From: Bacilli bacterium
Lineage (GTDB): Bacteria; Bacillota_I; Bacilli_A; RF39; UBA660
Direction: 5' to 3'
NCBI GenBank assembly: GCA_017541885.1
Contig: JAFXYF010000011.1
Coordinates: 85,007 to 149,006 of the forward strand
DNA length: 64,000 nt
The position numbers and the translations under genes were made by a program. The notes beneath the pieces were generated by a model. The model saw only the letters and a list, made by a program, of their open reading frames with translations, searched no databases and had not been told where the DNA came from. Shown piece after piece: positions 22,814-32,121 of this stretch (positions are counted from its first letter, which is position 1; each line of letters opens with the position of its first letter).

Positions 22814-24844
22814 ATGGCAATTTCAGAAGAAGAATTTCAAAAAGAAAAGAAAATACTACATAAGATTAATAAACTATTAGGAAATACTTTATCTGAGCTT
22901 GGAGAAGAAGTAATTGAAAGTGAAGATAACTTAGTAGAGTTTAAAAAGATGATGTGGGAAAATGCCAATAACTTTGATGCAGCAGAAGCTCATCAAGCAA
23001 TGTATGCAACTGCATTAGAAGCAGATAAAGCCTACCAGAAACAACAATATTTTAAAAGACTTTGTAGTATAAAAGATAAACCATATTTCGCAAGTATCGT
23101 TTTTAAAGACGATAAAGGTGAAATCTATAATATTTATATGTCTTTAACATATTTAAAAGATGATAATGCAAATAATATTTTATATGACTGGAGAAGTCCT
23201 ATCTGTAGTTTGTTCTATGATTATGAAACAGGACCAGCTTCATATAAAGCTCCAGGAGGTACTTACACAGGAGAATTAAAAAGAAAAAGACAATATAAAA
23301 TAGAAAAGAAAAAACTCTTAGGAGTATTTGATAATAGTTTAAATATTGATGATGAAATACTACAAGAAGTACTCGCAACAGAATCTAGTGATAGAATGAA
23401 AAATGTTGTAAATACTATTCAACAAGAACAAAACCAAGTAATTAGAAATCTAGAAGATCATAACTTAATAGTACAAGGAATTGCTGGATCAGGTAAAACA
23501 ACAGTTGCTCTTCACCGTATTGCATTCTTACTTTATAGATTAAAAAATTTAAATAGTAATAATATATTAGTATTTTCACCAAATAATATTTTTACTGAAT
23601 ACATTTCAGATGTATTACCATCTTTAGGAGAAGATAATACTCTTCAAACAACATTTGCTGATTACTTATATAGTTTTATAAAAGAATATAAAAATGTCGA
23701 AAACTTCTCAGACTTTGTAAGAAGATATTATTCTTATGAAGAAACTAATCCAGAACTTGTTGAATATAAACAAAGTGATAAGATTATTGATGATTTAGAT
23801 GCTTTTTGTGAAAATTATATTGATAATTGTAAATTCATTAATGATTTTAAAGAAGGAGAAGCTAATTATATTTTAAAAGATGATTTAAATGAAATGCTTC
23901 ATGATAGATATGAAAGATTACCTTTATTTGAAAGAATAGAAGAAATGTCAGAAAAACTAAGTTCAAACTATTATAAAGGTTCAATGAAAAAGAAAGCTAC
24001 ATTTCAAAAACTTTTATATCAAAATGCTAACTTTAAAAAAGACTATAAAGAAATAATGAGAGAATTCTATAAAAGTGAATTTTGTAGATATAGAGTATCA
24101 GATGTCGAAATAGATAAATTTATCTATACAGATAATCTTCATTATGAAGATGCTTTAATCTTTGCTTATTTAAAAGGTACATTAGAAGGATTCTTATATG
24201 AATCTACTATTAAACAAGTAGTAATAGATGAAGCTCAAGATTATAATAGATTACAATATATAATTATAAATAATATCTTTAAAAAAGCAGATTTTACTAT
24301 TTTAGGAGATATTAATCAAAATATTAATCCATATTATCATTATAATTCCCTAGAAGATTTAAAAGATTTATTTAGAGAAGATACTAAATATATTGAATTA
24401 TTAAAAACATATCGTTCTAGTCCAGAAATAATAGATTATACAAATAAGATATTAGGATTAAGACACGTTAATGCAATTAGAAAAGATAATAATAAACCAG
24501 TAATTATTAGAAAAGATTTAGATAATATTAAAGATAAAATGATAGAAGATATTGCTTATTTAAAAGATCAATATAAATCTCTCGCAATCATTACAAAAGA
24601 TGATAAAGAAGCAGAAAAGATTTATGATTTAATAAAAGATGATACACAAATATCTTTAGTTGATGCAGATTCAAAGAAATTTAAAAAAGATTCGATCGTT
24701 ATACCTGCATATGCCGCAAAAGGCTTAGAGTTTGATAGTGTAATTATTTATAATGATCGAGATAATTCTTATCGAAGAAATGAAAGAAATTTATTGTATG
24801 TTGCTTGTACAAGATGTCAACATGAACTAATAATTTATAATTAG
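22814..24844 (+). CDS. helD: RNA polymerase recycling motor ATPase HelD
   Basis: PYFA, DWRSPI..LFY, IV.TIQ.EQN..IR, QG.AGSGKT..ALHR.A.LLY, IDEAQD, KGLEFD and LYVACTR. Confidence 0.9.
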   Translation: MAISEEEFQKEKKILHKINKLLGNTLSELGEEVIESEDNLVEFKKMMWENANNFDAAEAHQAMYATALEADKAYQKQQYFKRLCSIKDKPYFASIVFKDDKGEIYNIYMSLTYLKDDNANNILYDWRSPICSLFYDYETGPASYKAPGGTYTGELKRKRQYKIEKKKLLGVFDNSLNIDDEILQEVLATESSDRMKNVVNTIQQEQNQVIRNLEDHNLIVQGIAGSGKTTVALHRIAFLLYRLKNLNSNNILVFSPNNIFTEYISDVLPSLGEDNTLQTTFADYLYSFIKEYKNVENFSDFVRRYYSYEETNPELVEYKQSDKIIDDLDAFCENYIDNCKFINDFKEGEANYILKDDLNEMLHDRYERLPLFERIEEMSEKLSSNYYKGSMKKKATFQKLLYQNANFKKDYKEIMREFYKSEFCRYRVSDVEIDKFIYTDNLHYEDALIFAYLKGTLEGFLYESTIKQVVIDEAQDYNRLQYIIINNIFKKADFTILGDINQNINPYYHYNSLEDLKDLFREDTKYIELLKTYRSSPEIIDYTNKILGLRHVNAIRKDNNKPVIIRKDLDNIKDKMIEDIAYLKDQYKSLAIITKDDKEAEKIYDLIKDDTQISLVDADSKKFKKDSIVIPAYAAKGLEFDSVIIYNDRDNSYRRNERNLLYVACTRCQHELIIYN

Positions 24845-24857
24845 GAAGGAGAATATT

Positions 24858-26255
24858 ATGTCAGTATATAATATGTTACAAAGTCCATTAGATAGTTTTT
24901 ATAATTTAGATAAAATAGTAGATGAAAATTCTAAAAATTATTCTATGTATAAATCTATTGTAAGAGCAAATTGTAAAGATAAAATCTATGGAAAGTATAA
25001 TGAAAATGAATCAAACCAGTTTTATTTAAGATTATATTATGACTGGTATAATAATTTGTTGTCTTGTGCAAATAGGAAAGGTGTAAAACAAGAATATAAA
25101 GAAATATTAGATAAACTAATTAATTATTTAAATAATAAAGTTCCAAGTACAAAAGAAGATGTAATAGATATCTTATCTGAAGATAAAGATGATGAAGAGT
25201 TAAATGAAATATTAAATATATTTAGATGGAATAATTTAGGAGAAGATACAGGTTGGAATCATATAGCATCATCTAAAGTAAAATTTGGTACACATAAAGC
25301 TCCATCTCCATGTCATAGAATATATATAAATTGTGACTCTACAATAACTCATAAACTTGCAAGACTATTTGTAGAGAAATGTAATGATGAAGATTTAACA
25401 TATTATTTTAAATTTGATGATTTTGGTAAAAGAGATGATAATTTTGTAATTTACTCAGATTCAGAAAACTTAGAAAAATATGTAATGATATTAAAAAGAG
25501 TAATTAAAGAAGAACATCTAGCATCCAATATTCATAGACCACCAATCTGTACTAGTACTATTGATGATCAATTAGGATATGGTTCAGATCCAGAAATTGG
25601 AGGAGATGTAGAATCATTCAATCAAAATAGAAGTGATCATTTAGAAAAATGTTTTAATAATACATTCTATAAATGGATAGAAAATAGAGGTAAAGAACAT
25701 TTAATTAATACTTTAATTCATTCTGCCAAAGATGAAATAAAAAACTATATTGGAAGCAGTAGTACTTATAAAGGATTTAGAGGTTATACAAAAGAAGATC
25801 TTGATACAGAAGAATTCTATGATGCAGTAAACGAATACATGCATGATCATATAGATAATATAATGGACTACTATAAAACAGGAAATGATGATTTTAAAAG
25901 AACAATTCCATTTGTAGATGGATATCTAAAAATAGATAAAGATATTTTGAATATGGCAAGAAAAAAAGAAATAAAATATATTTATTCTGAGAATGAAGAC
26001 TTTAGATATAATTTAAAAAATGAAATACTAAGTACTTGTGAAGAAAATGGTATAGATAAAAATAACTATGGTTGTAATTTATATTTACTAGAAGATTTAA
26101 AGAAAGAAACAATGAGTAATATCGTAAGTTTAGATGTAAATGTAAGAAATATAGATGATAAAAAATATCATAGTAATAGAAGATCAATCTTTGGATTCTT
26201 ATTTGGTAAGAAGAAAAAAGAAGAAGAGGAAGAAGATCAAGTAGTAAATTATTAA
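24858..26255 (+). CDS. Hypothetical protein (weak resemblance to HopA1-family domain)
   Basis: Long ORF with RBS; motifs HRIYIN, YYFKF, R.DNFVIY, GYG.DP and SF...R. Confidence 0.5.
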   Translation: MSVYNMLQSPLDSFYNLDKIVDENSKNYSMYKSIVRANCKDKIYGKYNENESNQFYLRLYYDWYNNLLSCANRKGVKQEYKEILDKLINYLNNKVPSTKEDVIDILSEDKDDEELNEILNIFRWNNLGEDTGWNHIASSKVKFGTHKAPSPCHRIYINCDSTITHKLARLFVEKCNDEDLTYYFKFDDFGKRDDNFVIYSDSENLEKYVMILKRVIKEEHLASNIHRPPICTSTIDDQLGYGSDPEIGGDVESFNQNRSDHLEKCFNNTFYKWIENRGKEHLINTLIHSAKDEIKNYIGSSSTYKGFRGYTKEDLDTEEFYDAVNEYMHDHIDNIMDYYKTGNDDFKRTIPFVDGYLKIDKDILNMARKKEIKYIYSENEDFRYNLKNEILSTCEENGIDKNNYGCNLYLLEDLKKETMSNIVSLDVNVRNIDDKKYHSNRRSIFGFLFGKKKKEEEEEDQVVNY

Positions 26256-27511
26256 AAGAGGAGTATATCCTCTTTTTTTATTAAATAAATTTGATATATA
26301 AAAGTACAAAAAACATTTATTAAAAAAGAATAGATTAAACTATATATTTCAAAATCAAATAATAAAAATATAATCATAGTACTAAGTCTTATAAATGAAC
26401 TAACAAGAGTAGTATAAAAAATATATTTAGTCTTTCCAATAGATAAAAATATAATAGAAAAAATTGGTTGAATATATAAAAAGAAAGAAAATAAAGAAAG
26501 AATTCTAAGATATTTAAATCCAAAATAATTATGATAAATAAAAAGTAATAACTTATCGCCAAATAATAGAAATACAAAAGTAGTACCAATACTAAATAAA
26601 AGTATTATAAAAATGATAAATCTTAATAATTTATTTGTGTTTTTATTATTACTATTAGAAAGAATTGGAAGTAAAGCTTGAGCAGTAGCATTAACAAAAA
26701 AAGTTGGAAGTAATAATAATGGATAAACATATCCAGTAAGAATTCCATAATCTATAGAAATATTATTAGAACTAGATAGTAATAGTAAAATAGTTGGTTC
26801 TAAAAAATAAGTAAAACTACCAATAAAACTACTAAATAAATTAGGTATAGCTAAACACATTACTTCTTTTAAATAAGAATTATTAAATGTAATTCTTCTC
26901 TTTCTTTTAGGAATAAATATTAAAAGAAATAAAGTAGAAATAAGTTCACTAACTATATTAAAAATAATAATTATAAAAACAATTATCGAAGTAGAGTAAT
27001 CAGTAAAGAAACCTAAAAGGTAATAAGCAAATATAAATCTAATGAAATTCTCTATTAAATTAGAAATCACTGGAGGAAGCATATTTCCTATACCTATAAA
27101 GTAACTTCTAATAATACTAGATAAAGTAGTAAAAGGTATAACAAAAGCTATACCAATAACAGGTAAATAACAACTATTATTATGCAGTAAATTAGTACTA
27201 ATAAAATTTGCTGATATTAAAACTAAAAACAATAAAATAATATTATATACACCTAAAAATAAAAGTAGGGTAGAATATAATTCATGGGGTCTTTTATTAG
27301 AAGATGCGACTAACTTAGATAAAGCTAAAGGAACTCCAGCTTGAGAAACAGTAATTAGTAATGAAAATGTAGGAAGAACAAGCATATATAAAGCAAGACC
27401 ATTAATCCCAATTCTACTACTAATTATAATCTTTATAATCATTCCTAAAAGCTTTGTAATAAGCCCACCAATAAGTAGTAAAAAACTAGAAGTAATAAAT
27501 TTCTTTTTCAT
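26252..27511 (-). CDS. SpoVB/MurJ-like oligosaccharide flippase
   Basis: About 12 TM segments; KKFI..S..L......K.LG......SR.IG..G..LY....P and G.P.A.SKLVA. Confidence 0.8.
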   Translation of the reverse strand: MKKKFITSSFLLLIGGLITKLLGMIIKIIISSRIGINGLALYMLVLPTFSLLITVSQAGVPLALSKLVASSNKRPHELYSTLLLFLGVYNIILLFLVLISANFISTNLLHNNSCYLPVIGIAFVIPFTTLSSIIRSYFIGIGNMLPPVISNLIENFIRFIFAYYLLGFFTDYSTSIIVFIIIIFNIVSELISTLFLLIFIPKRKRRITFNNSYLKEVMCLAIPNLFSSFIGSFTYFLEPTILLLLSSSNNISIDYGILTGYVYPLLLLPTFFVNATAQALLPILSNSNNKNTNKLLRFIIFIILLFSIGTTFVFLLFGDKLLLFIYHNYFGFKYLRILSLFSFFLYIQPIFSIIFLSIGKTKYIFYTTLVSSFIRLSTMIIFLLFDFEIYSLIYSFLINVFCTFIYQIYLIKKEDILLF

Positions 27512-27689
27512 AGTAAATTTTTATGAAAAAAGTAAAAAAAATATATCAATGTTTTTGAATTTATGGTATAGTTAAATAAAGATGAGATAACCCGAAGGTA
27601 AAGTATTGTCAAAGAGTAGAAATTTGTCGAATTTAATCCCCTACAAAATAGGAAGTTATGATAAAATGAATATGATAGAGGTGACACAA

Positions 27690-28742
27690 ATGAACGATTT
27701 ATTAGATTTTTTAACATCACAAGAAATAATAATTGTTTATATAATAGCAGCTTTGGCTTGCCTTATCTGTTTTATTGTATATTTAGTAGAGAAGAATAAC
27801 GAGAAATTAAGACTTAGACACAATACTAGAGAATTAAATAAATTAGTAGAGGAGATTAAAGCATTGACTCCAGAAGAAGCAAAAGAAGAAGTATATGATA
27901 CTCCTGTACTTGAAAATATTATTGAACAACCAGAAAAACCTATGGTAATTGGACCAATTAATGTAGAAGAAACTGTAGATTTATCTGAAGTTGTAGAAGA
28001 AGTAAAAAAATATGAAGACGAAGTAATTGAAGAAGAACCTGAAGATGAATTAGAATATACTTCAATTGAACCAGATCAAGAAACTGCAAGATTAGAATTA
28101 GAAAGACTTAAAGAACAACTAGAAAGAGAAGAATTAAGAGACCAAGAAGAAGTAGTTGAACCTACACCAGTTGAAGTACAACCAGTACAAACAACTGAAC
28201 CTCAAATAGAAGCAATTGAAACAGTAAATGAATATGAAGAAGAACAAGAAAAGACAGCAATCATCTCATTAGAAGAATTATTAGCAAAAAGCAAAGAAAT
28301 GTATGAAGCTAATGAGTTAACTCAATATAAAGATGAAGGTAATGAACCTATATCAATTCAAGATTTAGAGATTCAAGTACAAAGACAAGCTGCTACATAT
28401 GACGAACCATTTATTATAGCTAATGTTGTACCAGAAGAAGAATTACAAGAAGGAATTAATGAAGCATTTGAGCAAATCGTTCAAGAAGAAAAAGAAGTAT
28501 TACATGTTGATGATATGAATACAATTTCTGAAGAAACTGTTAATCCAGTAGTAAAAGAAGAAGTAAGAAAGTTTCAAGCAAGCCCAATTATTTCTCCAAT
28601 CTTTGGAATAGAAAGAGATACTTCAAAGGATAATGCATTATCGTTAGAGAATACTGCTAATTATGATAAATTAGATGCAGCTATGCGTAAGAATAATGAA
28701 TTCTATATGTCGATCTCTGAATTACAAGGAAAAACAGAATAA
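27690..28742 (+). CDS. Acidic membrane-anchored hypothetical protein
   Basis: N-terminal TM, Glu-rich body, C-terminal F.ASPIISPIFG. ATG at 27690 follows GAGGTG. Confidence 0.7.
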   Translation: MNDLLDFLTSQEIIIVYIIAALACLICFIVYLVEKNNEKLRLRHNTRELNKLVEEIKALTPEEAKEEVYDTPVLENIIEQPEKPMVIGPINVEETVDLSEVVEEVKKYEDEVIEEEPEDELEYTSIEPDQETARLELERLKEQLEREELRDQEEVVEPTPVEVQPVQTTEPQIEAIETVNEYEEEQEKTAIISLEELLAKSKEMYEANELTQYKDEGNEPISIQDLEIQVQRQAATYDEPFIIANVVPEEELQEGINEAFEQIVQEEKEVLHVDDMNTISEETVNPVVKEEVRKFQASPIISPIFGIERDTSKDNALSLENTANYDKLDAAMRKNNEFYMSISELQGKTE

Positions 28743-28826
28743 CTCGAGAAATCGAGTTTTTTTATTTAATATTATTAATATATATGTTATAATATGTAAG
28801 ACAAAAAAGGAGAAAAGACGTATTTT

Positions 28827-30095
28827 ATGAAAAGTGTTGGAATATATACCTTAGGTTGTAAAGTAAATACCTATGAATCAGAGTATATAATGAGTCTATT
28901 AAAAGATAATGGATATATTATTAAAGACTTTGATGATATTTGTGATGTCTATATTATTAATACTTGTACAGTCACAAATAATAGTGATAGTAAATCAAGA
29001 AAAATAATAAGACAAGCAATAAAGAAAAATCCAAATGCTTGTATAGTCGCAATGGGATGTTTCATCGCAGCTAATCCAGAATATAATGAAACTGGTATAG
29101 ATATATTAATAGGTAATAAAGATAAATCTAAAATATTAGAATTATTAAATGAATATTTTAAAACAAAAGAAATAATAAAAGTACAATATAAAGATCGTAT
29201 AAAAGACTTTGAAGATATGTATATAAAAGATTTTCCAGGTAGAACAAGAGCTTTTGTTAAGATCCAAGATGGTTGTGATAATTTCTGTACATATTGTATT
29301 ATTCCTTATGTAAGAGGAAAATGTCGTAGTAAAGATGAAAGAAAAGTAATAGAAGAGATTGAAGGATTAGTTAAAAATGGTTATAAAGAAGTTGTTTTAA
29401 CTGGAATTCATACTGGAAGTTATGGAGTAGATCTAGAATCATCTTTCGCAGATTTATTAAATAAACTAGTTTGTATTAAAGGTTTAGAAAGATTAAGAAT
29501 ATCATCAATAGAATGTACAGAGTTAAATGAAGATGTTTTAGATGTATTAAGAAACTCTAAAGTACTAGTAGATCATCTTCATATTCCTATTCAAGCAGGG
29601 TCTAATGAAATATTAAAGAGAATGAATCGTAAATATAATTTAAATGAATTTATTAGAAAGATTGAAGAAATAAGATCAATTAGACCAGAAATCGCAATAT
29701 CTACTGATGTTATTGTTGGATTTCCAGGAGAGACAGAAGAATTATTTAGTAAGACAATAGAAACATGTAAAAATATAAAATTCTCTAAATTACATGTTTT
29801 CCCATATAGTGAAAGAAAAGGTACTGCTTCATCTAAAATGGATGGTAAATTAGATAATAAGATAAAAAAAGATAGGGCAAGAAAATTAATTGAAGTATCA
29901 GAAGAATTAGAAGAGAATTATATGAGAAACTATCTAAATAAAGATGTAGAAGTATTAATAGAAGAAACAATTGATGGATATTCATATGGACATACTGGAA
30001 ATTACTTACATGTAAAAATAAAAGGAGAATATCCTCATAACGAAATAGTAAAAGTAAGAATAAAAGATATTAAATATCCATATTGTATTGCATAA
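28827..30095 (+). CDS. mtaB: tRNA t6A methylthiotransferase MtaB
   Basis: TLGCKVN.YES, INTCTVT, KIQDGCDNFCTYCIIP, HVFPYS.R.GT and a TRAM domain. Confidence 0.95.
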   Translation: MKSVGIYTLGCKVNTYESEYIMSLLKDNGYIIKDFDDICDVYIINTCTVTNNSDSKSRKIIRQAIKKNPNACIVAMGCFIAANPEYNETGIDILIGNKDKSKILELLNEYFKTKEIIKVQYKDRIKDFEDMYIKDFPGRTRAFVKIQDGCDNFCTYCIIPYVRGKCRSKDERKVIEEIEGLVKNGYKEVVLTGIHTGSYGVDLESSFADLLNKLVCIKGLERLRISSIECTELNEDVLDVLRNSKVLVDHLHIPIQAGSNEILKRMNRKYNLNEFIRKIEEIRSIRPEIAISTDVIVGFPGETEELFSKTIETCKNIKFSKLHVFPYSERKGTASSKMDGKLDNKIKKDRARKLIEVSEELEENYMRNYLNKDVEVLIEETIDGYSYGHTGNYLHVKIKGEYPHNEIVKVRIKDIKYPYCIA

Positions 30096-30122
30096 AAAAA
30101 ATAGGACTAAGTCCTATTTTTT
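30094..30122. terminator. Bidirectional intrinsic terminator
   Basis: A-tract-ataggac-taa-gtcctat-T-tract between mtaB and the 490-aa gene. Confidence 0.85.
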
Positions 30123-30124
30123 AT

Positions 30125-31597
30125 TTATTCTTCAGTTTCTTCTTCTTTATCTTTTCTCATAGCTTTTGCTGCTATCATACCAGCAATACCTGCTGCAGCA
30201 CCAATTGCTGCTGGAGTAATATAATCTCCAAATGAATCTTTCATTCCAACTCCAGTTTCAGGAATAGATGAATATTGAGGAGTTGAATCAGTATAACCTG
30301 TAGAAGAACCACTATCAACACTATTATCTAAATTAGAAAAAATAGGTGATGCATGTTGTGATAAAGCATTATCACTAACTCTTTCTTGAATAGCAGATGT
30401 TGTATTAACAATATCTGTATTAGTAATTGGATTATTAGAAATAGGTTGAGTATTATTAATAGTATCATTATTAATAATTATAGTTCCTAAATCATCACCC
30501 TTTTTATTATCAAATATTGGAACAGTAGGTGTAGTAGGTGGATTAGTTATAGAATCTGGAGGTCCAGCATATAAAACCTGAATTTTAGGTACAGAAGCTG
30601 GTGGTGCAATAGTAACAGGTGTTGTTTGATTCTCAAAATAACTAGGTCCAGCATATACTACTTGATTAGTAGGAACTTTAATATCAGCTAAATGACCATT
30701 AGGATTTACTGGATTAGTATCATTAAAATAGCTAGGTCCAGCATATACTACTTGATTAGTAGGAACTTTAATATCAGCTAAATGATCACTAGGATTTACT
30801 GGATTAGTATCCTCAAAGTAGCTAGGTCCTGCATATACAACTTGATTTGGTTTAGGTATAGTATTTGCCCTAGGAAGATTATCCTTATTGTTAGAAGGAG
30901 CTTCTGTAATAGGAGCTGTGCTTGCAGGCGCACTAGTTTGCGGATTTGTTGGGAATGTTCTTGGAGCAGTTGTAGGCGCACTAGTTTGCGGATTTGTTGG
31001 GAATGTTCTTGGAGCAGTTGTAGGCGCAGGTGCAGATGGAGCAGTAGTTGTAGGTAATGGAGCAGTTGTAGGTGATGGAGTAGTTACGCTTGATGTTTGA
31101 GGAGTAGTATCTTGAGTTGTATTAATATTAAGACCCCCACCGTTAGAAGTCATTCTCTTTAAATCATCTTCACTAACTTCAATTAACTTACCATCAGGGC
31201 CCTTAATCATCATTTTACTTTCACCTTGTTCAGCAGTAACACCAGATACATTTTCATTTCCTGTTTGAACATTACTAGAAGTATCTCCGCCAGCACTAAC
31301 ACTGTTTTCATTCATGAAAGATTCAATTGCACGAACTTGATTATTAATTGTATCAGAAATATTTTTAGTATCTTCTCTACACTGAGTCATAAGTCTCTCA
31401 GGCATTCTCATATCAATAGCAGAATCATCAACTTCAACAAATTCAATACCATTAGCATTAGATATCTTCATAACTGCATCATATAAAGTATTATCTACCT
31501 CAGATAAATCATTTTTAATTTCATTAAGTAAAGCTTGAGCTTCAGAAACCTTAGCCTCATCATATTTTATTGTAGCATTAGCATTATTCCCCTTCAT
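30125..31597 (-). CDS. Repeat-containing surface protein: WXG100-like N-terminus, Pro/Thr linker, four (V/L)YAGP motifs, IPETG sorting signal; candidate radical SAM substrate
   Basis: Helical N-terminus without a signal peptide; NQVVYAGPSYF x3 plus QVLYAGPP; IPETG followed by a hydrophobic segment and a KAMRKDK tail. Confidence 0.75.
   Translation of the reverse strand: MKGNNANATIKYDEAKVSEAQALLNEIKNDLSEVDNTLYDAVMKISNANGIEFVEVDDSAIDMRMPERLMTQCREDTKNISDTINNQVRAIESFMNENSVSAGGDTSSNVQTGNENVSGVTAEQGESKMMIKGPDGKLIEVSEDDLKRMTSNGGGLNINTTQDTTPQTSSVTTPSPTTAPLPTTTAPSAPAPTTAPRTFPTNPQTSAPTTAPRTFPTNPQTSAPASTAPITEAPSNNKDNLPRANTIPKPNQVVYAGPSYFEDTNPVNPSDHLADIKVPTNQVVYAGPSYFNDTNPVNPNGHLADIKVPTNQVVYAGPSYFENQTTPVTIAPPASVPKIQVLYAGPPDSITNPPTTPTVPIFDNKKGDDLGTIIINNDTINNTQPISNNPITNTDIVNTTSAIQERVSDNALSQHASPIFSNLDNSVDSGSSTGYTDSTPQYSSIPETGVGMKDSFGDYITPAAIGAAAGIAGMIAAKAMRKDKEEETEE
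30633..30850 (-). repeat. 90-nt (30-aa) tandem repeat carrying NQVVYAGPSYF
   Basis: YAGP codons at 30824-30835, 30734-30745 and 30644-30655 (exact 90-nt period); a degenerate fourth copy at 30560-30571. Confidence 0.92.
30926..31028 (-). repeat. 48-nt (16-aa) near-perfect tandem repeat APTTAPRTFPTNPQTS
   Basis: Unit aggcgcactagtttgcggatttgttgggaatgttcttggagcagttgt starts at 30926 and 30974; partial third start at 31022. Confidence 0.92.
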
Positions 31598-32003
31598 TTA
31601 AAACACCTCCCATATCAGTAGTTTGTTGTGGAGTTGTATCAAGATGAAGAAGAGCTTCTTGCTCATCTAATCTTTTAGCTTCTTCATTAAATATTACTTG
31701 TTTACGATTAACAACTCTTTGAGTTGTAGTATTAACTGTTTCAGATAAATCATTTATATATAATGAAAAATCTCTAGTTCTCTTTTCATATTCTTCAATT
31801 ATTGCTTCCATATTTGAATCAGAAACAGATAAACTATCACGATTAATTAAATCTTTTAATACTTCAATTTTCTTAGATAAATTTTCTAATTTTTCTGATG
31901 CATCTTTTAACATACGACATCCATTATTAATAGTTGGCATATCAATTACTTTTAAAGCATCTTCAGCAATAACATATTTTCCTTGATATTTTTCTATAGC
32001 CAT
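31584..32003 (-). CDS. Small helical protein, WXG100/Esx-like (tentative)
   Basis: 139 aa with a helix-turn-helix coiled-coil pattern; GGAGG RBS; overlaps the start of the 490-aa gene by 14 nt. Confidence 0.55.
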   Translation of the reverse strand: MAIEKYQGKYVIAEDALKVIDMPTINNGCRMLKDASEKLENLSKKIEVLKDLINRDSLSVSDSNMEAIIEEYEKRTRDFSLYINDLSETVNTTTQRVVNRKQVIFNEEAKRLDEQEALLHLDTTPQQTTDMGGVLNEGE

Positions 32004-32026
32004 AATTTAGCCTCCTAATATATATA

Positions 32027-32104
32027 ATTGTATCATATTAAAAGAGTGATTTGTATAGATTTTTCGACAAAAAGAGAAGTAATTCAAATAAGTTATGATA
32101 TACT
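32027..32104. promoter_or_regulatory. Divergent extended -10 promoters
   Basis: TGaTACAAT on the minus strand (32027-32035) and TGaTATACT on the plus strand (32096-32104). Confidence 0.55.
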
Positions 32105-32121
32105 AAACTAGAGGTGTTAAG

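Noticed and set aside
28827-30095. MtaB as part of the neighbouring radical SAM modification system
   Set aside because: It is a standard housekeeping tRNA methylthiotransferase, convergent with the insert and separated from it by a terminator.
30782-31486. Plus-strand ORFs 30782-31057, 30888-31100 and 31226-31486 (including a Cys/Ser-rich repeat that looks like a RiPP precursor)
   Set aside because: These are antisense shadows of the repeat region of the 490-aa gene. They lack an RBS, and synonymous variation in the repeats preserves the minus-strand frame.
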